From NCBI RefSeq assembly GCF_009914755.1, contig NC_060938.1: a stretch of DNA of 64,000 nt. One strand, given 5' to 3'. The translations under genes and the position numbers were made by a program. Under the pieces are notes generated by a model, which ran no database searches, was not told the origin of the DNA, and worked only from the letters and a program-made list of their open reading frames with translations. Numbering within the stretch: the stretch's first letter is position 1; each line of letters begins with the position of its first letter. This stretch comes from the human T2T-CHM13v2.0 reference genome, Homo sapiens. This document shows, one piece after another, positions 40,801-53,932 of this stretch.

Positions 40801-43800
40801 GGTGTGGGACAGACAGCCACAGCAAATCGAAAATATGTGTGGATGAGCTTTCGTCTGGAGCAGATGGCCCCAATGAACAGAGTTGGCAGAGTGGGCCTCC
40901 TCTGAAAGACATGGAAAAGATACTGTAAGTCAAAAGGAGACCATCTGGAGGAAGCAGAGGAAATGCCTTCCCTAAAATAGATTTTCTGCAAGAAAAAAAC
41001 TCATTTTATAAAACGTCTAATCTGGGTTCTCAAAAATATATGTCAAATATCAAAAGAAAGAAGTTAAGAAAAGTCAAATTTTATGAAGGTAAAAAATGAA
41101 ATTATTCAACTAAGACCTGAGGAGGAGCAATGAACAGCAGACTAGATATTGCAGAAAATTCACGTTAGTGAAAAAAAAGAAAAGTTTCAGAATTTTTCCA
41201 CAAGTGACAGATAAAACAATGAAAATTATTTCTAGAAAAGATGAGTTCTATGGAAGAAAAATTATAATCATCTAATCTGTGTATAATAAATAATGGAATA
41301 ATAGAAATCACAAATAAGAAATAAATAGTATAGAAAAAATATATTTTTAATTTAAATTAATAAAGCCCAAACCTACAGAGCAGAAAAGGTCCCTGAAAAT
41401 CACCAACTCAAGAATGCAAAAATATTTTCAAAATTTTATTAGAACTTCTGGCAGAGCAAAATGGCCAAATAGCAGCTTACATCATTCATCCCCTCTGTAG
41501 GAACACCAAATTTTGGTAACTACACAAAAAAATCACCATCACAGGAACCAAAAATCATGTGAGCAATCATAGTACCTGGTTTTAACTTCATACCACGGAA
41601 AGAGTCATTGAAGAGGGCAGGAAAGACAATCTTGAAGTACCAATGACACCCCTCCCCCATATCCCATGCAGCATGGAGAATCTGTGCACTTAGGAGGAAA
41701 AGACTGCAGCAATTGTGAGGCTTTGCATTGAACCCAGTGCTGTCCTGCAGAAGGCAGAATCAGTCTGTACTCAGCTAATGTTCACCACAGAGGGAGCATT
41801 TGGACTGGGCCTAGCCAGCAGGAAATCGTCCATCCCAGTGGTCAGAGATTGAGTTTCAGCAAGCCTTGCTACTGTGGGCTAGAGTGCTCTGGGGCCCTAA
41901 GTGAACTTGAAGGGCAGTCTAGGTCACAAGAACTTCAATATCTAGGAAAGTCCTAGTGCTGAGCTGGGCTTAGAGCCAGCGGACTCGGGGGCATGAGACC
42001 TACTGAGATACCAGCCAGGTTGGCTTACATCACCCATGGTGCACTGCTGGCAGCAGCAGCATGGGGCAGAGATATCTTTGCACTTGAGAGAGGGAGAGCA
42101 CAGTGACTGGGGGATTTTACATTGAAGTCAGTGCAGCCCTGTCACAGCGAAGACCTGGCAATATTCATCACCTGCTGACTAAAGAGCACCTGGGGTCTGA
42201 ATAACTACCAGCAATACCAAGTAATACACTGTGGGCCTTGGGCTCTGAGAGATGATGGCTTCAGGTGTGACCCAGCACGTTCACAGCTGTGGTGACTATG
42301 GTGAAAGACTCCTTCTGTTTGAGAAAAGTAGAGGGAAAAGTAAAGGGGACTCTGTCTTGCACGTTAGGTCCCAGCTCAGCCACAATGGGGTACAGCACCA
42401 AGCAGGCTCTTGAGGTCTCCAAGTCCAGGCCTAGGATCTTGGTCAGCATATCTAGACCTGCTCTGGGCCAGAGAGGAGCCCACTGCCCTGAAGGTTGAGT
42501 CCCAGGCCTGGCAGCATTCACCACAAGCTGACAGAAGAGTCTTTGGGCATTAAGTGAACATCAGCAGTGCCTGGCAGAACCCTCTGTGGGTTGTTGCTGG
42601 TGGTGGCCACAGGGAGAGGCTCCTCTGCCTGTGGAAAGGGGAGGGAAGAAAGGGAAGGACTTTGTCTTGTGGTTTGAATGCCAGCTTAGCCACAGTAGAA
42701 CAGCACACCAGGTAAATTTCTGTTTTTTACTTCAATCTGTGGCTCCCAGACAGCATCTCTGGACCTATCCAGGGCCTGGGGGAACTCACTGCCTTGAAGA
42801 GAGGGACACAAATCTGGCTGGCTTTGTCAGCTACTGATTGTAGAGCCTTAGGGCTTTGAGTGAATGTAGGTGGTAACCAGATATTAGTAACAGTGGGCCT
42901 TGGGTGAGACCCAGTGCTGTGCTGGCTTCAGCTCTTAACAGTGCAGTGCAGTTAGTAGTGGCCACAGGGGTGCTTGTGTCATACTACTCCCAGTTCTAGG
43001 AAGCTCAATATATATAGAGAGAGACTGTTTGGGAGAAGGTAAAGGGAAAGAACAAGATTCTCTGCCTGGTAATCCAGAGAATTCTTCCAGATTTTATCCA
43101 AGACTACCAAGGCGGTACCTCTAAGAGTCAGCAAGAACTACAGCATAATTGGATTTGGAGCCAAAGTCCCTTCGAATACCTGGAAAGCTTCCGCAAAAAT
43201 GATGTGCACAAAAAAAGCCCAGACTCTGAAGACAACAATAAATGCCTAACTCTTCAATTCTCAGACACCAACAAACATACACAATCAACAACGCCAACTA
43301 GGAAAACATGATCTCACCAAATTAACTAAATAAATAAGGTATGAGGGACCGATCCTGGAGAAACAGAGATATGTGACCTTTTTGACAGATAATTCTAAAT
43401 AGCTGTGTTGAGGAAACTCCAAGAAATTCAAGATAACACAAAAAAGGAATTCAGAAGTATATCAGATAAATTTAATAACGAGATTGAAATTATTAAAAAT
43501 AAACAGAAGTTCTTGACTTGAAAAATGCAATTGACATATTGAGGAATGCACTGAAGTCTCTTAATAGCAGAATTGATCAAGCAGGAGAAATAATTAGTGA
43601 GCTTGAACACAGGCTATTTGAAAATACACCATCAGAGGAGACAAAAGAAAAAGAAAACAAAAAGAATGAAGCTTGCCTACAAGATCTAGAAAATATCCTC
43701 AAAAGGGCAAATCTAAGAGTTATTGGTCTTGAAGAGTAGGTAGAGAAAGATACGATTAGAAAGTTTATCAAAAGGAGAGTGTTAGAGAACTCCCCAAACC

Positions 43801-45540
43801 TAAAGAAATGTCAAGTGCAAGAAGGTTATAGATTTAACCAAGCAGATTCAACCCAAAGAAGACTACCTCAAGGCATTTAATAATCAAACTCTCAAAGGCC
43901 AAAGGTAAAGAAACAATCCTAAAAGCAAGATAAAAGAAACAAATCACATACAGTGGAGCTCCAATATGTCTGGTAGCAGACTTCATTGGAATCCTTACAG
44001 GCCAGGAGAGAGTGGTATGACATATTTAACATGCTGAAGGGAAAAAAAAAAACCTCACCCTTGAGCAGTATATTCAGCAAAATATCTTTTAAGCCTGAAG
44101 GAGAAATAAAAACCTTCCCAAAGAAAAGCTGAGGAATTGTATCAATAGCTGAAAGAAGGGGCATTAATAAGCAATAAGAAATCATCTGAAGGTGCAAAAC
44201 TCACTGGTAATAGCATACAGAAAAACACAGAATATAATAACACTGTAATTGTAGTGTGTAAAATACTCTTATCTTACATCAAAAGGCTAAATAGAACACC
44301 AGTCAAAAATAATATCTACAATGACTTTCCAGACATAGACAGTAAAATAAGACATATAGATAAACAACAAAATTTAAAAAGCAGGTTGGAGGATGTTAAA
44401 GAGTGGAGTTTTTATTAGTTTTCTTTTTGATTTATTTGTTTGTGAAATCAGTGTTGTCATCAATTTAAAATAATGGCTTATAAGATAGTATTTGCAAGGC
44501 TCACGATAATCTCAAATCGAAAAATATACAATGGATACGCAAAATATAAAAAGGAAGACATTAAGTCATATCACCAGAGAAAAATCACATCCACTAAAAG
44601 GAAAACAGAAAGAGAAGACTACAAAATAACCAGAAAACAAATAACAAAATAGCTGGACTAAGTCCTCACTTATCAATATAACATTAAATGTAAATGGACT
44701 AAACTCTCCCATCAAAAGACACAGAATGGCTGAATGGACAAAAAAGCAAGACCCATTGATCTGTGGCTACAAGGAGCACACTTCATCTATAAATATACAC
44801 ATAGACTGAAAATAACGGGATGGAAAACGATATTCCATGCCAAAGGAAACCAAAAAAGAGCAGGAGTAGCTACACTTGTATTAGACAAAATAGATTTCAA
44901 GCCAAAACCTGCAAGAAGAGACCAAAAGCTCATTATATAATGATAAAGGGGTCAATTCACCAAGAGAATATAACAATTATAAATACAAAAATATGTATAA
45001 CCTCCAGTGCTCCCAACACTGGGGCACCCAGATGTATAAAGCAAACATTAGAGCTAAAGAGAGAGATAAACCTTAATACAATAATAGCTGGAGACTTCAA
45101 TACCCCACTTTCAGCATTGGACAGATCTTTCAAACAGAATATCAATAAAGAAACATCAGACTTAATCTGCACCATAGACCAAATGGACCTAATAGATATT
45201 TACAGAACATTTCATCCAAAGGCTCCAAAATACACATTCTTCACCTCAGCACATGGATAATTCTCAAGGATAGACCATATTTTCTGTCACAAACAAGTCT
45301 TAAAACATTAAAAAAAACTTGAAATAATTTCAAGTATCTTCTCTGACCACAATGGAATAAAACTACAAATCAATAACAAGAGGACGTTTGGAAACAATAA
45401 AAACACATGAAAATTAAACAATTGCTCTTGAATGACCAGTGGGTAAATGAAGAACTTAAGAGGAAAATTGAAAGATTTGTTGTGACAAATGATAATGGAA
45501 ACACAAGATACCAAAACCTATGGGATACAGGGAAAGCAGT

Positions 45541-47973
45541 TCTATTAGTTCATGCTTGCAGTGCTATAAAGAAATACCTGAAACTGGGGAATTTATAAAA
45601 AAGAGGTCGAATTGGCTCACAGTTTTGCAGGCTGTACAGGAAGCACAGCTGGGTAGGCCTCAGGAAACTTACAATCATGAAAGAAACAAAGGGGAAGCAG
45701 CATGTCTTATATGATCAAAGCCAGGGGAAGAGAAAGTGTGGGGGAGGTGCCACACACTTTTAAACAATCAGATCTCATAATAACTCACTCACAATTACAA
45801 GAACAGCACCAAAGGGTAAATCTGCCACCATGATCTCATCACCTCCTACCAGGACCCACCTCCAACACTGGGAATTACAATTTGATATAAGATTTGGTTG
45901 GGAACACAGATCCAAACCATATCATTTTGCCCCTGGCCTCTCCCAAATCTCATGTTATTCTCACATTTCAAAATACAGTAATGCCAACAGTCCCCCAAAG
46001 TCTTAACTCACTCCAGCATTAACTCAAAAGTCTAAAGCACAAAGTCTCACCTAAAACAAGAAGAGAAGATCACAAAACAACCAGAAAACAAATAACAAAA
46101 TAGCTGGAGTAAGTCCTTTCTGTCTATGAGCCTGTAAAATAAAAAACAAGTTAGTTGCTTCCAAGACACAATGGGGTTTTAGGCATTGGGTGAGTACTCC
46201 CTTTCCAAAAGGGAGACACCAAAACAAAACAAAAAGGTTAAAGACCCCATGCAAGTTCAAAACCCAGCAGGGCAGTCTTTAAATCTTAAAGCTCTAAATA
46301 ATCTCCTTTGACTCCATGTATCACATCCAGGCCACACTCATGCAAGGGGTGGGCTCACAAGGCCTTGGACAGCTCCACTTCTGTGGCTCTGCAGAGCTCA
46401 GCCCCCACAGCTGCTCTCAAGGGCTGGCATTATGTTCCTGTGGCTTTTCCAGGTACATGATGCAAGCTCTTGCTGGATCTCCCTTTCTGGGGTCTGGAGG
46501 ACAGTAGACCTCTTCTCACAGCTCCACTAGGCAGTGCCCCAGTGGGGACTCTGTTTGGGGGCTCCAATCCCACATTTTCTCTCCATGCTGTCCTAGTAGA
46601 GGCTCTCCATGAGGATTTCACTTCTGCACCAGCTTCTGCCTGTACATCCTGGGTTTTCCACACATCTTCTGTAAACTAGGTGGAGGCTCCTAAGCCTCAA
46701 CTATTGCACTCTACATCCCTGTAGGCTTAACATCATGTGGAAGCTGCCAAAGCTTATGGCTTGCTCTTTCTGAAGCAGCAGTCTGCTTCTGCCTATTTGA
46801 GCTGTGGCAGTAGCAGGAGCAGTCAGGATGCAGGGAGCAGTGTCCCGAGGCTGCACAGGGGAGCAGGGCCCTGGGCCTGGCCCACAAAACCATTCTTCCC
46901 TCCGAGGCCTCTGGACCTGTGATGAGAGGGGCTGCCACAAAGGTCTCTGAAATGCCTTCAGGGCCTTTTTCCCATTGTCTTGGCTATTCGTACTTGCCTT
47001 CCTTTTAGTTATGGAAATTTCTGCAACTGACTTGAATTCCTCCCCAGAAAATGGGCTTTTCCTTTATACTACATGGCTGGGCTGCAAATTTTCCAAACAT
47101 TTATTCTCTGCTTCCCTTCTAAACATAAGTTTCTGTTTTAGGTCATTTCTTTGCTCACTCATATGACATAGGATTTTAGAAGCGGCCAGGGCAAATCTTG
47201 AACAATTTGCTGCTTAGAAGTTTCTTCTACCAGATATCCTAAATAAACTCTCTCAAGTTCAAAGTTCCACAGATCCCTGGAGTAGGGGCACAATGTCACC
47301 AGTCTCTTTGCCAAAGCATAGCAAGAGTGACCTTCACTCCAGTTTCTAATAAGTTCCTCATTTCTATGTGAGACCTCCTCAGCCTATACTTCACTGTCCA
47401 TTTCACTATCAGCATTTTGATCACGACTATTCAAAAAGTCTCTAAGAAGTTCCAAACTTTCCCTCATCTTCCTGTTGACTTCTGAGCCCTCCAAACTGTT
47501 CCATTCTCTGCCCATTACCCAGGGTCCAAAGTCACTTCCACATTTTCAGGTATCTTTATAGCAACGCCCCACTCCCAGTACCAATTTTCTATATTAGTCT
47601 ATTCTTGCACTGCTATAAGGAAATACCTGCGACTGGGTAATTTACAGAGAAAAGAGGCTTAATTGACTCACAGTTCTGGAGACTGTACAGGAAGCATGTC
47701 TGAGGAGGTCTCAGGAAAGTTACAATAATGGCAGAAGGTGAAGGGGAAGCAGGCAAGTCTTACGTGGCGAGAGCAGGAGGAAGAGCGTAGGGGAGGTGCC
47801 ACACACTTTTAAACAAGCAGATCTTATGACAACTCATTCACTATCACAAGAAACACACCAAAGGGGAAATTCATCCTCATGATCCAATCACCTCCCACCA
47901 GGACCCATCTCCAACATTTGGGATTATAATTTGATGTGAGATTTGGGCAGGGAAACAGACCCAAACCATATCA
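45541..47973 (-). mobile_element. Complete MSTA-like MaLR element nested in L1: LTRs 45541-45924 and 47590-47973
   Basis: Two LTRs with gggaggtgccacacacttttaaacaa, a perfect TSD GCAGT at 45536-45540 and 47974-47978, and L1 resuming in register. Confidence 0.93.
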
Positions 47974-49859
47974 GCAGTACTAGAAGGGAAATTTATAGCT
48001 ATAAGTGCCTACATCCAAAAAGAAGACAAACTTCTAATAAATAAACTAATGATGCATCTTAAGGAACTAGAAAAGAAAGAACAAACCAAATGCAAAATTA
48101 CTAGAAGAAAAATGATAAAGATCAGAACAGAAATACATGAATTTGAAATGAAGAAAACAATGTAAGAGTCAAGAAAATGAAAAGTTGGCATTTTGTAGAG
48201 ATAAAGAAAATTGACAAATCTTTAACCAGACTAAGAAAAAAAGAAAGAAGCCCCAAATAAATAAAATCAGAGATGAAAAAGGAGACATTACAACTGATAC
48301 TACAGAAATTCAAAGGATCATTAGGAGCTACTATGACCACTATATGCTAAAAAATTGGAAAAGCTAGAGAAAATGAACAAATTCCCAGACACATGCAACC
48401 TAGCAAGATTGACCATGAAGCAATCCAAAATCTGAACAGACCTACCAAGATTGACCATGAAGCAATCCAAAATCTGAACAGACCAATAACAAGTAATGAG
48501 ATCGAAACCATAATAAAAATTCTCCCAGTAAAGAAAAGCCCAAGACCTGATGGCTTCATTGCTGAATTCTAATAAACATTTAAAGAACTAATACCAATCC
48601 TACTCAAACTATTCAAAGAAATAGAGGAGGAGGCAATACTTCCAAGCTCATTCTATGAGGCCAGTATTACCTTGATATCAAAATCAAAGATACATTAAAA
48701 AAATTACAGGCCAATATCTCTGATTTGATATTGATGCAAAAATCATCAACAAAGTACGAGCAAATGGAATTCAGCAAGGCATTAAAAAGATCTTTTATTA
48801 TGACCAAGTGGAATTTACCTCCAGGATGCAAAGATGGTTCAACATACACAAATCAATCAATGTGATGCATCATATCAGCAGAATAAAGGACAAAAACCAT
48901 ATGATCATTTCAATTGATGCTGAAAAAACATTTGATAAAATTTAACATCCCCTCATGATAAAAATCTTCAGAAAACTGGTATAGAAGGAACATACCTCAA
49001 GACAATAAAAGCCATATATGACAGACACACAGCTAGTATCATACTGAAGGGGAAAAACTAAAAGGCTTTCCTCTGATATCAGGAGCATGACGAGGATGCC
49101 CACTTTCACCACTATTATTCAACATAGTACTGGAAGTCCTAGCTAGAGCAACTGGACAAGAGAAAGAAGTAAAGGGGATTCCAGTTGAAAAGGAAGAAGT
49201 AAAATTATCCTTGTTTGCAGATGATATAAGACTCCACCAAACAACTTTTAGAACTAATAAATTTAGTACAGTTGCAGGATACAAGATTAACATGCAAAAA
49301 TCAGTAGCATTTCTGTATGTTAACAGTGAACAGTCTGAAAAAGAAACGTAAAAAGTAATTCCATTTACAATAAAGCCACAAATAAAATATCTAGGAATTA
49401 GCCAAATATATAAAAGATTTCTACAATGAGAACTATAAACACTGATAAAAGAAATTGAAGAGGACACACAAAAAACGGAAAGATATTCCGAGTTCATGGA
49501 TAGGGAGAATCAATATTGTTAAAATGTCCCACCACCCAAAGCAATCTACTGATTCAATGCAATTCCTATCAAAATACCAATGACATTCTCCACAGAAGTA
49601 GAAAAAACAATCCTAAAATTTATATGGAACCACAGACACACAAAAAAACAGAATAGTCAAAGCTATTCTAGGCAAAAAGAGCAAAACTAGAGGAATCACA
49701 TTATCTGATTTCAAGTTATATTGCAGAGCTACAGTAACCAAAACCGCATAGTACTGGCATAAAAACAGACACATAGACATATGGAACAGAACAGAGAACC
49801 TAAAAACAAATTCATACACCTACAGTCAACTAATTTTTCACAAAGCTTCCAAGAACATA

Positions 49860-50195
49860 TGTATTAGTCCATTTTCATGCTGCTTATAAAGACAAACCTG
49901 AGACTGGGTAATATCTAAAGAAAAAGAGGTTTAATGGACTCACAGTTCCACATTGCTGGGGAGCCCTCAAAATCATGATGGAAGGCAAAAGGCATGTCTT
50001 GCATGGCAGCAGACAAGAGAGAAAATGAGAGATCAGTAGATCTTGTGAGACTTATTCACTACCATGACAACAGTATGGGGGAAACTACCCCCATGATTCA
50101 ATTATTTCCCACTGGGTTCCACCCACAACATATGGGAATTATGGGAGCTACAACTCAAAATGAGACTTGGGTAGGCACACAGCCAAACCATATCA
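49860..50195 (-). mobile_element. THE1 solo LTR nested in L1
   Basis: tgtattagtcc...ccaaaccatatca, with TSD ACATA at 49855-49859 and 50196-50200. Confidence 0.92.
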
Positions 50196-50220
50196 ACATA
50201 CCTGACACCTATTTTCTGAG

Positions 50221-52564
50221 TGATATGGTTTGGCTGTGTACCCACCCAAATCTCATCTTGAGTTGTAGCTCCCATAATTCCCATATGTCATGGAAGGGAC
50301 CCAGTTGGAGGTAATTGAATCATGGATGTGAGTCTTTCCCATGCAGTTCTCATGATAGTGAATATGTTTCACAAGATCTGGTCATTTTATAAAGAAGAGT
50401 TCCCCTGCACACTCTCCCTTGCCTACTGTCATGTGATATCTGACTTTGCTCCTCATTTGTCTTCCAACAGGATTTTAAGGCCTCCCCAACCATGTGTAAC
50501 TCTGAGTCAGTAAAACCTCCTTCCTTTATAAATTACCCAGTCCTGAGTATGTATTTTTTAGCAGTGCGAAAACAGACCAATATAGTAAAATTGTATCAGT
50601 AGAGTGAGGTGCTGCTGTAAAGATACCTGAAAATGTGGAAGTGACTTTGAAACTGGGTAACAGGCAGAGGTTGGAACAGTTTGAAGAGCTCAGAAGAAGA
50701 CAGGAAAATGTGAGAAAGTTTGGAGCTTGTTAGAGACTTGTCAAGTGCTTTGACAAATGAGGTGATAGTGATATGGACAATGAAGGCCATGCTAATGTGG
50801 TCACAGATGGAGATGAGGCACTTGTTGGGAAATGGAGCAATGGTGACTCTAGTTATGCTTTAGCAAAGCTACTGGCACCATCTTGTTCATGCCCTAGAGA
50901 TCTGTGGAATTTTTACCTTGAGAGAGATGATTTAGGGTATCTGGTGGAAGAAATTTCTAAGCAGCAAAGCATTCAATAGGTGATTTGGGTACTGTTAAAA
51001 GCATTCCCTTCTATATATTCACAATGATATGGTTTGGAATTAGAACTTACGTTTAAAAGGGAAGCAGAGCATAAAATTTCAAAAAATTTGCATCCTGATG
51101 ATGCAGTAGAAAAGAAAAACCCATTTTCTGAGGAGAAATTCAGGCCTGCTGCAGAAATTTAAGTAATGAGGAACCAAGTGTTAATCACTGACAATGGGGA
51201 AAATGTCTCCAAGGCATGTCAGAGACCTTTGTGGCAGTCTCTCCCATACACCCCAGAGGCCGAGGAGGAGAAAATGGTTTCCTGCATCATATCCAGGACC
51301 CCTTTGCTGTGTGCAGCCTTGGGACTTGGCTCCCTGTATCACAGCCACTCCAGCCATGGGTAAAAGGGGCCAAGGTACAGCTTGGGCCATGGCTTCAGAG
51401 GGTGTAAGCCCCCAGCCTTGGCAGCTTCCACATGGTGTTGATTCTGCTGGTACACAGAAGTTAAGAATTGAGGTTTGGGAACCTCCACCTAGATTTCAGA
51501 GGATCTATGGAAATGACTGCATGTCCAGGCAGAAGTTTGCTGCAGGGGTGGAGCCCTCATGGAGAAACTCTGCTTGGGCAGTACAGAAGGGAAATGTAGG
51601 GTTGAAGCCCCCACACAGAGTCCCCACTGGGGCATTGCCTGGGGGAGCTGTGAGAAAAGGGCCCAGACACCAGAAGGGTAGATGGACTGACAACTTGCAC
51701 TGTGCTCCTAGAAAAGCTGCAGACACTCAACAACAGCCAGTGAAAGCAGCTGGGAAAGGGGGGCTGTACCCCAAAAAGCCACAGGGGCAGAGCTGCACAA
51801 GACCATGGGAGGCCACCTTTTGGATCAGCGTGACCTGGATGTGAGACATGGAGTCAAAGGAGATCATTTTGTAACTTTAAGGTTTAATGACTGCCCTACT
51901 GGATTTCGGACTTCCATGGGGCCTTTAGCCCCCTTGTTTTGACCAATTTCTCCCATTTGAAATGGCTGTGTTTACCCAATGCCTATATTCCCATTGTATC
52001 TAGGAAGTAGCTAACTTGCTTTTGATTTTACCTGCGCATAGGTGAAAGGGAATTGTCTTGTCTCAGATGAGACTTTGGACTGTGGACTTTTGAGTTAATT
52101 CTAAAATGACTTAAGACTTTGAGGGACCTTGGGGAAGGCAATGATTGGTTTTGAAATGTTAAGATATGAGATTTGGGAGGGGTCTGGGGTAGAATGATAT
52201 GGTTTGGCTGTGTCCCCACCCAAATCTCATCTTGAATTGTAACCCCCATGATTGCCATGTGTCATGGGAGGGACCACAGTAGGAGGTAATTGAATCATAG
52301 GGGTGGGTCTTTCCCATGCTGTTTTTGTGATAGTGATGGTTTTATAAAGGGGAGCTCCCCTGCACACTCTCTCTTACTGGCTGCCATGTAAGATGTGACT
52401 TTGCTCCTCATTTGGCCTTCTGCCATGATTATCAGGCCTCCCAATCATGTAGAACTGTGAGTCAATTAAACTTCTTTCCTTTATAAATATCCAATCTTGG
52501 GTATGCCTTTACTGAGACATACCCGAGTATGTAGTAGTCTGCATGAGAACAGACTACTAATAGG
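50221..52564 (+). mobile_element. Complete THE1 (THE1B-like) element nested in L1: LTRs 50221-50584 and 52195-~52562
   Basis: Two LTRs and an internal region. CTGAG flanks both ends (50216-50220, 52565-52569). The 3' LTR end is locally rearranged. Confidence 0.92.
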
Positions 52565-53780
52565 CTGAGTAATATGCCACAAGCACATGCACCCAAAGCA
52601 AAAATGGACAAATGGATCACACCAAGTTAAAAAGTTTCTGCACAATGCAGGAAACAATCAACAAAAGGAGGAGACAATTCACAACATAGGAGAAAATATA
52701 TGCAAATAACCCATCTGACAAGGGATTAATAACCAGAATATATAAGGAGCTCAAACATGTCTATAGAAAAAAATATAATAATCCAATAAAAAATGGGCGA
52801 AATATTTGAATAGTTATTTCTCAAGGAAGGCATATAGATGGCAAACAAGCATATGAAAAGGTGTTCAACATCTTTGATCACTAGAGAAATGCAAGTCAAA
52901 TGTACAACGAGATATCATCTCATGCCAGCTAAAATGGCTTTTATCCAACACAGGCAATAACAAATGCTGGCAAGGATGTGGAGAAAAGGGAATTCTCATA
53001 CACTTTTGTATGAGGATTGAAATCAAAACAACTGAACCTATATAGATAGAGAGTAGAAGGATAGTGGGAATGCAAATTAGTACAACCACTAAAGAGAACA
53101 GTTTGCAGGTTCCTCAAAAAACTAAAAATAAAGCTACAATAAGATCAAGCAATCCCACTGCTGGGTACATACCAAAACAAAGGAAATCAGTGTATCAAAG
53201 AGATATCTGCACTCCCATGTTTGCTGCAGCACTGTTCACAATGGCCAAGATTTGAAAGCAACCTAAGTGTCCATCGATAAATGAATGGAAAAAGAAAATG
53301 TGGTACATACACACAATGGAGTACAATGCAGCTATAAAAAGGGATAAGATTCTGTCATTTGCATCAAGATAGATGGAAATGGAGATCATTATGCTAATGA
53401 AATAAGTCGGGCACAGAAAGACAAACTTGGCATGTCTTTCCTTATTTGTGGGTCCTAAAAATCAAAACAATTGAATCAATGAGGATAGAGAGTAGAGGTA
53501 TGGTTACTAGAGTCTGGGAAGGGTAGTGCTGGGGTGAGAAAGAATTGGGGATGGTTATTGGGTACAAAAAATACACAATCAGAAAGAAGGAATAAGACCT
53601 AGTATTTGATAGCATAGCGGAATTAGTCAATAATAATTTAATTGTACATTTAAAAATAACTAAGAGAGTATAATTTGATTGTATGTTACAAACTGATATA
53701 TGCTTGAGGGGATGGATATCCCATTTTCCATGATATAATCATTTCTTATTGCACACCTGTATCAAAGTATCTTCTGTAAC

Positions 53781-53783
<3 letters not shown>

Positions 53784-53819
<36 letters not shown>
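53784..53819. repeat. (AC)18 microsatellite inside the L1 3'UTR
   Basis: Directly visible. Confidence 0.95.
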
Positions 53820-53821
<2 letters not shown>

Positions 53822-53932
53822 CTTACTGTGTATCCATAAAAATTAAAAAAATTGATCCTACCTATATTCATCTACAATGTTATTACCCTCAAAGGTGATA
53901 TACAGTTTACCCTTGAAAAACAGGATTTTGAA

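Larger units (their letters stand above)
41445..53850 (+). mobile_element. Full-length decayed L1 (L1MA1-3-like) hosting three nested MaLR insertions
   Basis: Long 5'UTR from ~41450, ORF1 remnants at ~43300-44150 (KRANLRVIGL), ORF2 from ~44650 (NTIIAGDFNTPLSALDRS), and a 3'UTR ending cataaaaattaaaaaaa. Confidence 0.88.

Noticed and set aside
38000-40900. Short ORFs in unique sequence (e.g. 39068-39328, 40607-40933)
   Set aside because: No recognisable domains, and the lengths are expected by chance with alternative start codons.
40940-41440. A-rich segment resembling an ancient L1/HAL1 ORF1 fragment
   Set aside because: Similarity is too weak to assign without an HMM search.
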